DNA of 40,848 bases from an uncultured Porphyromonadaceae bacterium. Its GTDB lineage: Bacteria > Bacteroidota > Bacteroidia > Bacteroidales > Muribaculaceae. The stretch spans positions 1-40,848 of the forward strand of contig CAMWQF010000001.1 in assembly GCA_947176285.1 (NCBI GenBank), read 5' to 3'. The notes below the pieces were generated by a model, which did no database searches, was not told the DNA's origin, and saw only the letters and a program-made list of their open reading frames with translations. This document shows, piece after piece, positions 1 through 9,149 of this stretch (positions within the stretch are counted from its first letter, which is position 1; the number at the start of each line of letters is the position of its first letter). The translations under genes and the position numbers were made by a program.

Positions 1-34
1 TGTCGGCTGCCTTCATTGGTATCTTCACCGATCA

Positions 35-71
35 AGAAAATGAATAATGCAGACCGGGATGTGGTCTGCAT
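35..71 (-). terminator. Probable intrinsic terminator after the OM barrel gene
   Basis: Stem ATGCAGACC (47-55)/GGTCTGCAT (63-71); the A-rich run on the left reads U-rich on the minus strand, 30 bp past the stop at 102. Confidence 0.6.
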
Positions 72-101
72 ATTAGGCTTTCACTGGATTATGATAATGA
101 T

Positions 102-680
102 TTATTGGAAGGAGAATCCGATGGAGGCGGAGAAACCTCCGGCGTTGTATCTTTCGCTGCCTGCATCTTTGATGCCATCGCCATACCACTCCCATGACTT
201 GGTGGCATTCTGATAGGCATATCCACACTTGAGATATAGGCTGCATTTCTTACTTGTGGCTATTCTAAATCCCAAGGAGGGATAGCAGTAGAATCCGTAT
301 GTTAGTCCGCAATCGCCGAGCATATCGGTTGAGTCTCCTTGGAATGAGTAGCCTGCTTTGGCGTCAATGAAGGCTGTGAAACGATTGTTAATGGAGAAAT
401 CTTTCCTGATGTCACCGTAAATGGGGTAGACTTTGCGGTAGAATTCTGCATTGATGTTCCATCCTATGGCGGCTCCGGCTCCTATAAATAACTGCGGTCT
501 TGTAAAATAGATGCCATGGGTGGTGGCAGCGTTGATCTGGTTGGTGGCAAATTTTGTGTGAACTACTACGCCGGTTTCGATGTCTCCGTTGTATTTAATG
601 GATTGTGAGAAGGCTGGAAGAGCCGAGATCATGATTAAGAGGGAGGATAATACTAGTCGGGTGGATAATTTCATTTTCAT
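102..680 (-). CDS. Small outer-membrane beta-barrel protein (porin-family-like)
   Basis: Signal peptide (AFS/Q), alternating amphipathic beta-strands, C-terminal ASIGFSFQ beta-signal. Confidence 0.7.
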   Translation of the reverse strand: MKMKLSTRLVLSSLLIMISALPAFSQSIKYNGDIETGVVVHTKFATNQINAATTHGIYFTRPQLFIGAGAAIGWNINAEFYRKVYPIYGDIRKDFSINNRFTAFIDAKAGYSFQGDSTDMLGDCGLTYGFYCYPSLGFRIATSKKCSLYLKCGYAYQNATKSWEWYGDGIKDAGSERYNAGGFSASIGFSFQ

Positions 681-705
681 ATTCTCATTTTTTATTATAT
701 AGTAT

Positions 706-733
706 AGATACGATTGAATGGAAGATACTGCAT
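706..733 (-). promoter_or_regulatory. Putative ECF sigma promoter ATGCAGTAT-N13-GTATCT
   Basis: Same 9+6 bases and spacing as 2453-2480; 26 bp upstream of the ATG at 680. Confidence 0.65.
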
Positions 734-764
734 GGATGATGAGAAAAAATGAAAACTGAGGGAG

Positions 765-2480
765 TTACCAGGATATGCGCAGTCCGAGGGGTATGGAGAT
801 GGAGAATGGCTCGTCATCGGTCCAGATATTGGGGATGGCGGTGTTTTGAGGGAAGTTGTAGTGCAAGGAAGGCTCTATAAAAATGTCGAGATTTTTACTG
901 AGTTGGAATGCTACGCCGATACTTCCTCCTGCCGACCATATAGCCTTTGAACTAAAGGATCTGCTTTGTATATTAGAACTCGGTGCCATCCGGGCATAGG
1001 AATAAACGGGAATTGCCAATCTTCCTCCAAAGCCAAAGTATAGTTTTACCCGATGTGAACTGTAGGCATACAAATTCACCTTCAAAGGAATCTCCAGATA
1101 ATGCCATTGGCATGTGGACACATCGATGCCATTTCTTGAATAGTGTTCGAAATCAGTGTGAAGGTAGGAATATCCTATTCCTGACTCTACCCCGAGCCAT
1201 GACGAGAAGCGTTTCTCTGCCGTAAGGGCGAAGGAGATTGGCAGATGATGCTGACGTGTTGACGAACTGAGATATCCTTCAATATCATTATAGTTGCGTA
1301 GTATTTTGGCAGGGTTCAGTAGATCTTCGTCATCAGGTCCCGGCGGGGTTTCAGGATCAAAAGGAGGATAAGGGGAACTCATATCTGCCAAATCGGAATC
1401 ACCGTTGAAACTGATTAATCCCGGATCGAAGGAAATTCCGGCAGTCCAGTTCTTATCCTGTTGTGGGGGGCGAGTCACATCGGCAAATAATCTTTCGAAG
1501 TCATCGTTGGATTCTTTTTCGATAGAAGGTTCTTGATGTTTTTCTTGTTTATCGTGTGATGTGGTTTCTATTATAGAATCTGATTCAATCGGAGATATGC
1601 TTTTCGATATATCCGGATCTGATATAAGTTTGGAAGGAGCATTGTGTTCATCTTCAATATCAGCGATATCATCCATGATTGGACCTGTGACTTTATGTTT
1701 TGAATAATGTGATACGGAAGGTATTGAAGAGTTTTCAGGAAAATCTTCAATGGTTGATTCCGGCGCTAAAGTTTGTTGCAATATTTGTTTCTTAGGAGTA
1801 GCATCGGATGATATAATATCGGAGGAGTGTAAGAAGTCGGTGTGTTTGAGAAATAAAAGAATGCCGGAAGAAACAATAAGAAGCAGGATCGATAGGAGCC
1901 CAGCACGAAGCTTATAGTCCTTTATCAACTCCCGTAGTCGGATTTTGGCATGGAAAAGTTGAGAGGATGAAGAGTTGGGTGCTATTCCGAGTATTTCAGA
2001 TATCTCTTTATGCGATTTGCCTTCAAGCACAGCAAGTCGGAACACTTTCTGATACCCCTCCGGTAGTTTCCTGATGAGGGTTTCAAGAGTTGCGAAATCG
2101 AGTATGTCTTCAAGTTCCTGTTCTTCTGCCGTTTCAGGTATTTCCTGAAGGATTGAAGTAACAGTCTGCGCCTGAAGATATTTTAATGATAGGTTTTTCA
2201 TTATAGTTGCAAGCCAGAACTCGATTCTATCGGCATCCCGTAGAGTATCAAGGCGAGTAAAAGCAGCGATGAAACCGTCGTGAAGAATATCTTGAGCGCT
2301 ATCGTGTTCGGTGACATATCGCGAAATTACATGAAGCATGCGAGGAGCGAAGCGGGTGTAGAGAATGCTCATGGCATCCCTATCACCGCGCTTGCACTCA
2401 TCCAGAAGGGTCTGATTATCGATATCAAGTTCAATGTGTCGCACATTAGAAAAGATACCGTTTGATTCTGAATACTGCAT
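765..2480 (-). CDS. ECF sigma-70 factor fused to TM helix, disordered linker and C-terminal OM beta-barrel
   Basis: Region 2 (AQDILHDGFIAAF...FWLATIMKN), region 4 (LPEGYQKVFRL...HKEISEILGI), TM AGLLSILLLIVSSGILLFL, S/D/E/P-rich linker, beta-strands ending LGLRISW. Start may be GTG at 2444. Confidence 0.85.
   Translation of the reverse strand: MQYSESNGIFSNVRHIELDIDNQTLLDECKRGDRDAMSILYTRFAPRMLHVISRYVTEHDSAQDILHDGFIAAFTRLDTLRDADRIEFWLATIMKNLSLKYLQAQTVTSILQEIPETAEEQELEDILDFATLETLIRKLPEGYQKVFRLAVLEGKSHKEISEILGIAPNSSSSQLFHAKIRLRELIKDYKLRAGLLSILLLIVSSGILLFLKHTDFLHSSDIISSDATPKKQILQQTLAPESTIEDFPENSSIPSVSHYSKHKVTGPIMDDIADIEDEHNAPSKLISDPDISKSISPIESDSIIETTSHDKQEKHQEPSIEKESNDDFERLFADVTRPPQQDKNWTAGISFDPGLISFNGDSDLADMSSPYPPFDPETPPGPDDEDLLNPAKILRNYNDIEGYLSSSTRQHHLPISFALTAEKRFSSWLGVESGIGYSYLHTDFEHYSRNGIDVSTCQWHYLEIPLKVNLYAYSSHRVKLYFGFGGRLAIPVYSYARMAPSSNIQSRSFSSKAIWSAGGSIGVAFQLSKNLDIFIEPSLHYNFPQNTAIPNIWTDDEPFSISIPLGLRISW
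2453..2480 (-). promoter_or_regulatory. Putative autoregulatory ECF promoter ATGCAGTAT-N13-GTATCT
   Basis: Exact match to 706-733; overlaps the first codons of the called ORF. Confidence 0.6.
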
Positions 2481-2647
2481 CGCGATATGAAAAAAATTAA
2501 TTATAAATGCAAATTTAGGGAAATTTCAATAAATAAGACTGTTAATTTTAATGAAAATGCAGATTTGCTCACTACGTTTGAAAAAAAAATAGTAAATTTG
2601 CAGTTTGAAGTTATGGAATTGAAATAAATAAGATAAACTGCTTCTAT

Positions 2648-4471
2648 ATGAAGAAAGGATATATAAGGATATTGTTTGCTGTAGCAGTTATGGTGTTGAT
2701 AGGCTCTATCGGTGCTGTCGCTGCTAAATCTGCGAAGTCTGCCGAATCGAACAGGGCTAAAGCTCGATATTACTATGTAGAAGGAAGTGTGGCGATGGCA
2801 GAGGGTCGGGCATCTGAGGCTTATGAACTTATCAAAAAGGCTGCCCAGACCGATCCGGACTATGCTGAGGCGAACTACACATATGCCCTTATGCGCATGA
2901 CTCTTCGCAACGACACGCTTACATCACCTGCTGAAGTGGGAAGATCAATATCCTTGATGAAAGCCTTCATAGATCAATTCCCGGAGGAAACGGAGGAGGC
3001 TATGAATTATTCATTTTTGGCAGCACGCACAGGCAACCTTGACGAAGCGATTAGAGTAGCGGAGAGAAGCGATACTCTTGCTACGGATAAAAGTGGAATC
3101 CTATTGCAACTTGCACAGTATTATGCTGCAAAGCAAGATGCGGAAAAAGCCATAAAGACAATCGAACGCTATGAGAGGATTGAGGGGAATGATCCCGACA
3201 TTTCCCTTCGTAAATTTTCTCTCATGTTTATGAAAGGGGACACTGCTGCGTTGCTTAATGAGAGTGAACGACTTGTGAAAGAACATCCTCTCAGTACAGA
3301 GTATATGGTGATACGAGGAAATGCGATGGAGGCTTTGGAGATGCCGGACTCAGCATTGGTTTGCTATCAGCGAGCCGAAGCCCTTGACCCTGATGATGGC
3401 AGAGTGAAACTGACGCTTGCCAATTATTATCTTCAACAGGGAGACTCCGCAATGTATGATAAAAAGAGCAGTGAGGCAATATTGAGTGAAAATATCATGC
3501 TCGACGAGAAACTTGATATGATGAGGCGATATATGCAGAATATCATAGCGGATACCACTGCAGATTCCCGTCGGGGCGCACGTCTGTTTGATGGTCTGCT
3601 GCGTCAGTATCCTCACGAACCTCAGGTGCTTGATCTCGGAGCGCAATATTCTGCTGCAGTTGCCGATTTCACGAGGGCAGAAGAACTGATGTCGTATGCT
3701 ACCGATTTGGAACCGGAAAATCAAGATTATTGGTTAAGGCTTGCGCATTTCTATTTTTCCGACAGCAAATACAAGGAAGCGGTAGAAGTGTGTGAGAAAG
3801 CATTTGAAAAACTCTCAGATACTCCGCCGGGGTTACTCCTGATATATGGAACGGCATCATCAATGGACGGTAATTATGAAAAAGCGAGGTCTGCTTACCA
3901 GGGGATGCTCGATAATGAACTTCCCGGAGCGCTTCTTACGGATGATGCTCAAACCATACTTCAGAAAGCGGGGAAATTGTCGTATGAATCTCTTATGAAA
4001 GTGGCAGATATTTTCCAAATGGTGGGAGACGGAAGTTTCAAGACAGAAGATATCGACCGCGCTATGCGTGAGTATGACGTGGTTCTGGCTCTTAATCCCG
4101 AAAGTGCTATTGTACTCAACAATTATGCATATTATCTTGCGCTTGGAGGGGGAGATCTTGACAAGGCTGAGGAATTAAGCCGTAAAGCAGTGTCTGAACA
4201 ACCCGAAAATCCTACATATCTTGACACCTTGGCATGGATTCTCTATCTGAAAGGTGAATATGGAGAAGCCCTTGAGATTCAGGAGAAAGCGATAGACATG
4301 ATTGCTGCCGACAGCGAGTCTGTGGCTGAGTTTTGGGATCATCTTGGTGATATCCAGTATCGCAATGGTCAGAAAGCCAATGCTGTGGAGAGTTGGAAGA
4401 AGGCATTGGAACTTGATAAGGATAATAAGGAAATTGGGGAGAAAGTCAGAAATAAGAAGATTAAAGAATGA
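2648..4471 (+). CDS. Periplasmic tetratricopeptide repeat protein
   Basis: Signal peptide, many TPRs (VLNNYAYYLA, YLDTLAWILY, WDHLGDI); heads the TPR/DUF4292/EnvC cluster typical of Bacteroidota; TAAATTTG -7 box at 2593-2600. Confidence 0.85.
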   Translation: MKKGYIRILFAVAVMVLIGSIGAVAAKSAKSAESNRAKARYYYVEGSVAMAEGRASEAYELIKKAAQTDPDYAEANYTYALMRMTLRNDTLTSPAEVGRSISLMKAFIDQFPEETEEAMNYSFLAARTGNLDEAIRVAERSDTLATDKSGILLQLAQYYAAKQDAEKAIKTIERYERIEGNDPDISLRKFSLMFMKGDTAALLNESERLVKEHPLSTEYMVIRGNAMEALEMPDSALVCYQRAEALDPDDGRVKLTLANYYLQQGDSAMYDKKSSEAILSENIMLDEKLDMMRRYMQNIIADTTADSRRGARLFDGLLRQYPHEPQVLDLGAQYSAAVADFTRAEELMSYATDLEPENQDYWLRLAHFYFSDSKYKEAVEVCEKAFEKLSDTPPGLLLIYGTASSMDGNYEKARSAYQGMLDNELPGALLTDDAQTILQKAGKLSYESLMKVADIFQMVGDGSFKTEDIDRAMREYDVVLALNPESAIVLNNYAYYLALGGGDLDKAEELSRKAVSEQPENPTYLDTLAWILYLKGEYGEALEIQEKAIDMIAADSESVAEFWDHLGDIQYRNGQKANAVESWKKALELDKDNKEIGEKVRNKKIKE

Positions 4472-5337
4472 AGATGATGAAGACTATTATAGCGGCATTT
4501 TTGGCTTTCGTATTTGCCTCGGATGTCTATTGCCAGACAGTGGCAGACTCTGTTGCTGTTTGCCCTCCGGGAGATCCGGCAGAGGAGATGGCTCCGGAGC
4601 CGACTCGTGCCGACGGCTCAAGGCTTATGACGATTGAGGAGATTGCCGTCGCTTCCGACACTATAATCGCAAATTACGATTCAGAATGGATCGACCTGTC
4701 AATGCAAGGAAGGCTTCAACTTGATGTGCTTCCAATGCGCGTCAGTGTGAAAGTATATATGAAGCGAGGCGAGTCAATAATCATTTCGGCGAGAGCCCCG
4801 ATTTTCGGGGAGGTAGCCCGTCTTGAGGCGTGCCCTGATTCTATAGTTTTGATAAATAAGCATAGCCGTACATATAATACTCAGCCATTAGGTGGATTGG
4901 GAGTTGACACTAAAGCATATCTCAGCGACTTGCAAGACATAATGTTGGGACAGGTAGCATTCCCGGGAAATGGAAGGCTGACACGCGAGATGGCATTTAA
5001 TTCGCAATGGATTATGATGCCTGATGAGAATGTATTGATCTATCCGTATCAGAATTTGCAGGTGGCAGGAACTGATTATGGATTTGTAATGGAATCCGGC
5101 TATTGGCAGTTACGCTCGTTTGTGCTTATGCTTAAGAAAGCCGGTGTGGTATTAGAGACTAATTATCTTTATGGGAATGAAGGATGGACTCTCGGGCTGG
5201 AGGTGAATTTGCCTAAGAAAAAAATGCAAGGGGAAGTGGAACTTTCATATCCTGACTATAATCCCACTCCACTTGAGTTCACATCGCTCGCAGGAAAATA
5301 TCGGAAAGTCGACCTGAAGCAGTTGATGAAATTTTAA
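4468..5337 (+). CDS. DUF4292-family envelope protein
   Basis: Signal peptide; motif MKRGESIIISARAPIFGEVARL..PDSIVLINK; position between TPR and EnvC. Confidence 0.7.
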   Translation: MKMMKTIIAAFLAFVFASDVYCQTVADSVAVCPPGDPAEEMAPEPTRADGSRLMTIEEIAVASDTIIANYDSEWIDLSMQGRLQLDVLPMRVSVKVYMKRGESIIISARAPIFGEVARLEACPDSIVLINKHSRTYNTQPLGGLGVDTKAYLSDLQDIMLGQVAFPGNGRLTREMAFNSQWIMMPDENVLIYPYQNLQVAGTDYGFVMESGYWQLRSFVLMLKKAGVVLETNYLYGNEGWTLGLEVNLPKKKMQGEVELSYPDYNPTPLEFTSLAGKYRKVDLKQLMKF

Positions 5338-5363
5338 GCAATCCGTAATTCATAATCTGATAG

Positions 5364-7106
5364 ATGAAGCGTTTTCTGACAAGTAAATATTATGTAAAAA
5401 CTCTGGTTGCTATGGTGGCTGTGGTGCTTGTTTGCTGCATGCCTGATTTTGATATGGCAGGTACTGCAGTGGCGCAGACCAAGACTGCTACGACCAAGAA
5501 GAAAAAGGGCAATTCTACGGGAACGCAGAAAAAGAATGCCAAGAATCAAAAGAACTCTTCATCAGGTCAGAAGAAGTCGACACAAACTAAGACTCAAACT
5601 AAAACTCAAACTAAAAAGAAGGTATCTTCACAAGGGAAAAAGCAGGCTGCCCCATCCCCTCAATCATCTGCGGAGGCAAAGAGAATGCAAGAAGCTGCTC
5701 AGCGTGAAATTCAGCAGACCAAAGAGAAGTTGCGCCTTAATGAGCAAGAGATTAAGACCGGATTGTCAGACCTTAATCGTCTTTCTGCCGAGATATCTAC
5801 AGGACGCGTAAAGGTGCAGGGATTGCAAAATAAGGTTTCATCGCTAAATAAGGAAATAACGTCGCTTGGCGAAGAGATCTCTAAAAATGAGTCGGAACTT
5901 AAAATGATGCGTGATGAATATCTGAAAGCAGTAAAGAAAATGCGCCTGACAAAGAAGAACCAGTCAACATTGGCGTTCATTTTCGCTTCAGAAAATTTCA
6001 ACCAGGCTATGCGCAGAATCCGATATATGCGTCAATTTTCAGCATGGAAAGATAAGAAGAGCGCAGATATCGACCACAAGATAAAGCAACTTGACAGCGA
6101 GCGTCAGCGTCTTGCAGAGGTGAAGGATGCACAGACGGCGGCATTGGGACAACTTACAGAATCTCAGGCGCAGTTGGAAGAAAATCATCGTAAGCAGGAG
6201 TCTCTTGTGGCTAAACTTCGCCAGAATGGTGACGCTTTGCAGGCTCATCTTGTGGCTAAACAGAATGAGGCCAACCGGCTTAAGGAAACCATCTCAGCCT
6301 TGATTGCCCGCGAGCAGGCTAAAGCAGAGGCAGAGCGCAAGGCGAGAGAGAAGGCTGAGGCAGAACGCTTAGCCAAGGAAAAAGCAGAGGCTGAAAGAAA
6401 GGCAGCAGAAAAAGCGGCTGCAGAGAAAGCGGCTGCGGAAAAGGCAGCCAAAGAAAAGAAAGAGGCAGAGAAGAAATCGGAAGAAAAGGTTTCTTCCAAA
6501 AAGACAGAAACAGAAACCAAGAAGGCAGAGAAAGATAGGCAGAAAAATAGTGAGAAATCTGCCAGAACAAAGAAAGACCGTAAAAAGCGCGAAGAAGATA
6601 ATGCGAAGCAGCCTTCAAAGAATATAGAATCAGTTCCGACTGTAACGCCGAAGAATGTAGAGAAATCTAAGGCAACCGAATCATATTCCAACGTCAATTT
6701 TGCAAGCCTTAGAGGCAGTTTGCCGCGACCGGTAGAAGGAAGTTGGAGGATAACCAATCCGTTTGGACGTCATTCAATGCCGGAACTTCCCGAGATAGAG
6801 TATGACAATCCGGGAATTGATGCTGAGGTGGCTATGGGAGCCACAGTGAAATCGGTATGTGGCGGAAAAGTGTCGGGAGTATATAAAGTGGCAGGTTATG
6901 GCACAGTGGTCATTGTCAATCATGGAGATTATTATACAGTTTATGGTAATCTTGCATCCACAAATGTGTCGGTTGGCACATCAGTAGGAGCAGGGCAGTC
7001 ATTGGGAACAGCCGGCACCGACCCCGACGACCATCGCCGAGGCTCTGTCCACTTCGAAGTTTGGAAAGGCCGCGAAAAGCAGAACCCCTCCTCCTGGCTC
7101 CGATAA
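5364..7106 (+). CDS. envC: Murein hydrolase activator EnvC (coiled coil plus degenerate M23 domain)
   Basis: Long coiled coil, AEKAA-rich linker, C-terminal M23 fold with NPGID and VHFEVW, lacking the full Zn ligand set. Confidence 0.85.
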   Translation: MKRFLTSKYYVKTLVAMVAVVLVCCMPDFDMAGTAVAQTKTATTKKKKGNSTGTQKKNAKNQKNSSSGQKKSTQTKTQTKTQTKKKVSSQGKKQAAPSPQSSAEAKRMQEAAQREIQQTKEKLRLNEQEIKTGLSDLNRLSAEISTGRVKVQGLQNKVSSLNKEITSLGEEISKNESELKMMRDEYLKAVKKMRLTKKNQSTLAFIFASENFNQAMRRIRYMRQFSAWKDKKSADIDHKIKQLDSERQRLAEVKDAQTAALGQLTESQAQLEENHRKQESLVAKLRQNGDALQAHLVAKQNEANRLKETISALIAREQAKAEAERKAREKAEAERLAKEKAEAERKAAEKAAAEKAAAEKAAKEKKEAEKKSEEKVSSKKTETETKKAEKDRQKNSEKSARTKKDRKKREEDNAKQPSKNIESVPTVTPKNVEKSKATESYSNVNFASLRGSLPRPVEGSWRITNPFGRHSMPELPEIEYDNPGIDAEVAMGATVKSVCGGKVSGVYKVAGYGTVVIVNHGDYYTVYGNLASTNVSVGTSVGAGQSLGTAGTDPDDHRRGSVHFEVWKGREKQNPSSWLR

Positions 7107-7236
7107 CTCCGATAATGTCAGACATCATTCTCCATTGCAGTTAGATGTTCGCTTGATTGCTTGCCAATAGATAAGTTTGATTTCAGATTGTTTTTGGATA
7201 AAAAATGAGGGATTTGGGAATTATTTTGTCTTAAGA

Positions 7237-7268
7237 TTTGGCAGTTATGATAAAAAAATGTAATTTTG
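7237..7268 (+). promoter_or_regulatory. Primary-sigma promoter of ilv operon
   Basis: TTTG-N20-TAATTTTG, 25 bp before ilvD ATG. Confidence 0.85.
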
Positions 7269-7292
7269 CATTTTTAAACACAGGAAAATCTT

Positions 7293-9122
7293 ATGGTAAA
7301 TAAGTTGAGAAGTCAGGCTACTACCGAAGGAAGGCGCATGGCAGGAGCCAGGGCCCTCTGGAGAGCCAACGGCATGAAGGAGGAGCAATTTGGCAAACCA
7401 ATTATAGCGATTGTAAATTCATTCACTCAGTTCGTGCCCGGACATACACATCTCCATGAAATAGGACAGATAATCAAGAAAGAAATTGAGGCTCTCGGTT
7501 GCTATGCTGCGGAGTTTAATACCATTGCCATCGATGATGGAATCGCTATGGGACACGATGGCATGTTGTATTCCCTTCCATCGCGCGATTTGATTGCCGA
7601 TTCAGTGGAATATATGGTCAATGCGCACAAAGCGGATGCCATGATTTGCATCAGCAACTGCGACAAGATCACTCCGGGGATGCTGATGGCGGCAATGCGT
7701 CTAAATATCCCTACTCTATTTGTGTCAGGAGGACCTATGGAGGCGGGGCGTGCCGGAGATAGGAAACTTGACCTTATCGACATTATGATTGACTCAGCCG
7801 ACCCATCTGTTGCTGACAGCGATGTGGAAGTGCTGGAAAAAGAGGGTTGTCCTACATGCGGCTCATGCTCCGGCATGTTTACCGCCAACTCAATGAACTC
7901 TCTCAACGAAGCAATTGGCTTGGCGCTCCCGGGAAATGGCACTGTCCTTGCCACACACGTCAACCGAATGAAACTTTTCAAGGAGGCAGCCCGCATGATT
8001 GTGGAAAATGCGTTCAAATATTATCGCGACGGCGATGCTTCTGTTTTGCCGCGCAACGTTGCCACTCGTCAGGCTTTCCTAAATGCTATGTCGCTCGACA
8101 TCGCAATGGGTGGAAGCACCAACACTGTGCTTCACCTTCTTGCTATAGCAAATGAAGGTGGAGTTGACTTCACTCTCGATGATATAGATGCCCTTTCACG
8201 AAAAGTTCCTGTTCTTTGTAAAGTAGCACCGAATTCCAATTATCATATGGAAGACGTTAACAGGGCAGGGGGTATCATATCAATTATGAAGCAACTTGCC
8301 GACAAGGGTCTTATCGACACATCAGTGAAGCGCGTGGATGGAATGACTCTTGCAGAAGCCATTTCCAAATATGCAATCGGTGGGGATTCCTATACGGAAG
8401 CAGCCGATATCCTGTGGCGTTCAGCTCCCGGACTTGTGCATACTACAGAGGCAGGAAGTCAGCCTCTCATGTATCGCGAACTCGACACCGATCGCGAAAA
8501 CGGTTGCATCCGTGACTGTGACCATGCCTATGTGAAGGATGGTGGTCTTGCAGTGCTCCGCGGGAATATCGCCAAAGATGGATGTGTAGTTAAGACAGCC
8601 GGTGTCGATGAAAGCATATTCCGTTTCTCAGGTCCGGCGAAGGTATTCCATAGTCAGGATGAGGCAGTAGACGGTATTCTTGGCGGGAAGATTAAAAGCG
8701 GAGATGTGGTCGTAATCACATTCGAAGGTCCGAAAGGTGGCCCCGGGATGCAGGAGATGCTATATCCTACAAGTTATATAAAGAGCATGCATCTTGGAAA
8801 AGAATGTGCGCTTATTACAGACGGACGTTTCTCGGGCGGCACATCAGGTCTATCCATAGGTCACGTATCTCCTGAAGCAGCAGCCGGAGGCAATATCGGA
8901 TTAGTGCGCGATGGCGACATCATTGATATAGATATTCCGGCAAGAAGCATCAATGTAAGGCTAAGTGATGAAGAATTGGCAACCCGCCGTAAAGAAGAGG
9001 AATCTTTCGGGAAAGAAGCCTTCACCCCTCGCGGACGTGATCGCCATGTGAGCCGCGCCCTCAAGGCTTATGCTGCCAATGTCACTTCGGCTGATAAGGG
9101 AGGAGTCCGTTGTGAGTTATAA
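7293..9122 (+). CDS. ilvD: Dihydroxy-acid dehydratase
   Basis: [44 protein letters not shown]. Confidence 0.98.
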   Translation: MVNKLRSQATTEGRRMAGARALWRANGMKEEQFGKPIIAIVNSFTQFVPGHTHLHEIGQIIKKEIEALGCYAAEFNTIAIDDGIAMGHDGMLYSLPSRDLIADSVEYMVNAHKADAMICISNCDKITPGMLMAAMRLNIPTLFVSGGPMEAGRAGDRKLDLIDIMIDSADPSVADSDVEVLEKEGCPTCGSCSGMFTANSMNSLNEAIGLALPGNGTVLATHVNRMKLFKEAARMIVENAFKYYRDGDASVLPRNVATRQAFLNAMSLDIAMGGSTNTVLHLLAIANEGGVDFTLDDIDALSRKVPVLCKVAPNSNYHMEDVNRAGGIISIMKQLADKGLIDTSVKRVDGMTLAEAISKYAIGGDSYTEAADILWRSAPGLVHTTEAGSQPLMYRELDTDRENGCIRDCDHAYVKDGGLAVLRGNIAKDGCVVKTAGVDESIFRFSGPAKVFHSQDEAVDGILGGKIKSGDVVVITFEGPKGGPGMQEMLYPTSYIKSMHLGKECALITDGRFSGGTSGLSIGHVSPEAAAGGNIGLVRDGDIIDIDIPARSINVRLSDEELATRRKEEESFGKEAFTPRGRDRHVSRALKAYAANVTSADKGGVRCEL

Positions 9123-9149
9123 ACTTCTAAACCATAAACAACATTAAAT

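Noticed and set aside
5580-6480. TQTK and AEKAA repeats in envC
   Set aside because: Low-complexity protein linkers, common in EnvC/TolA-like proteins
7269-7292. Attenuator or leader peptide for the ilv operon
   Set aside because: The promoter is only about 25 bp from the start; no room for one
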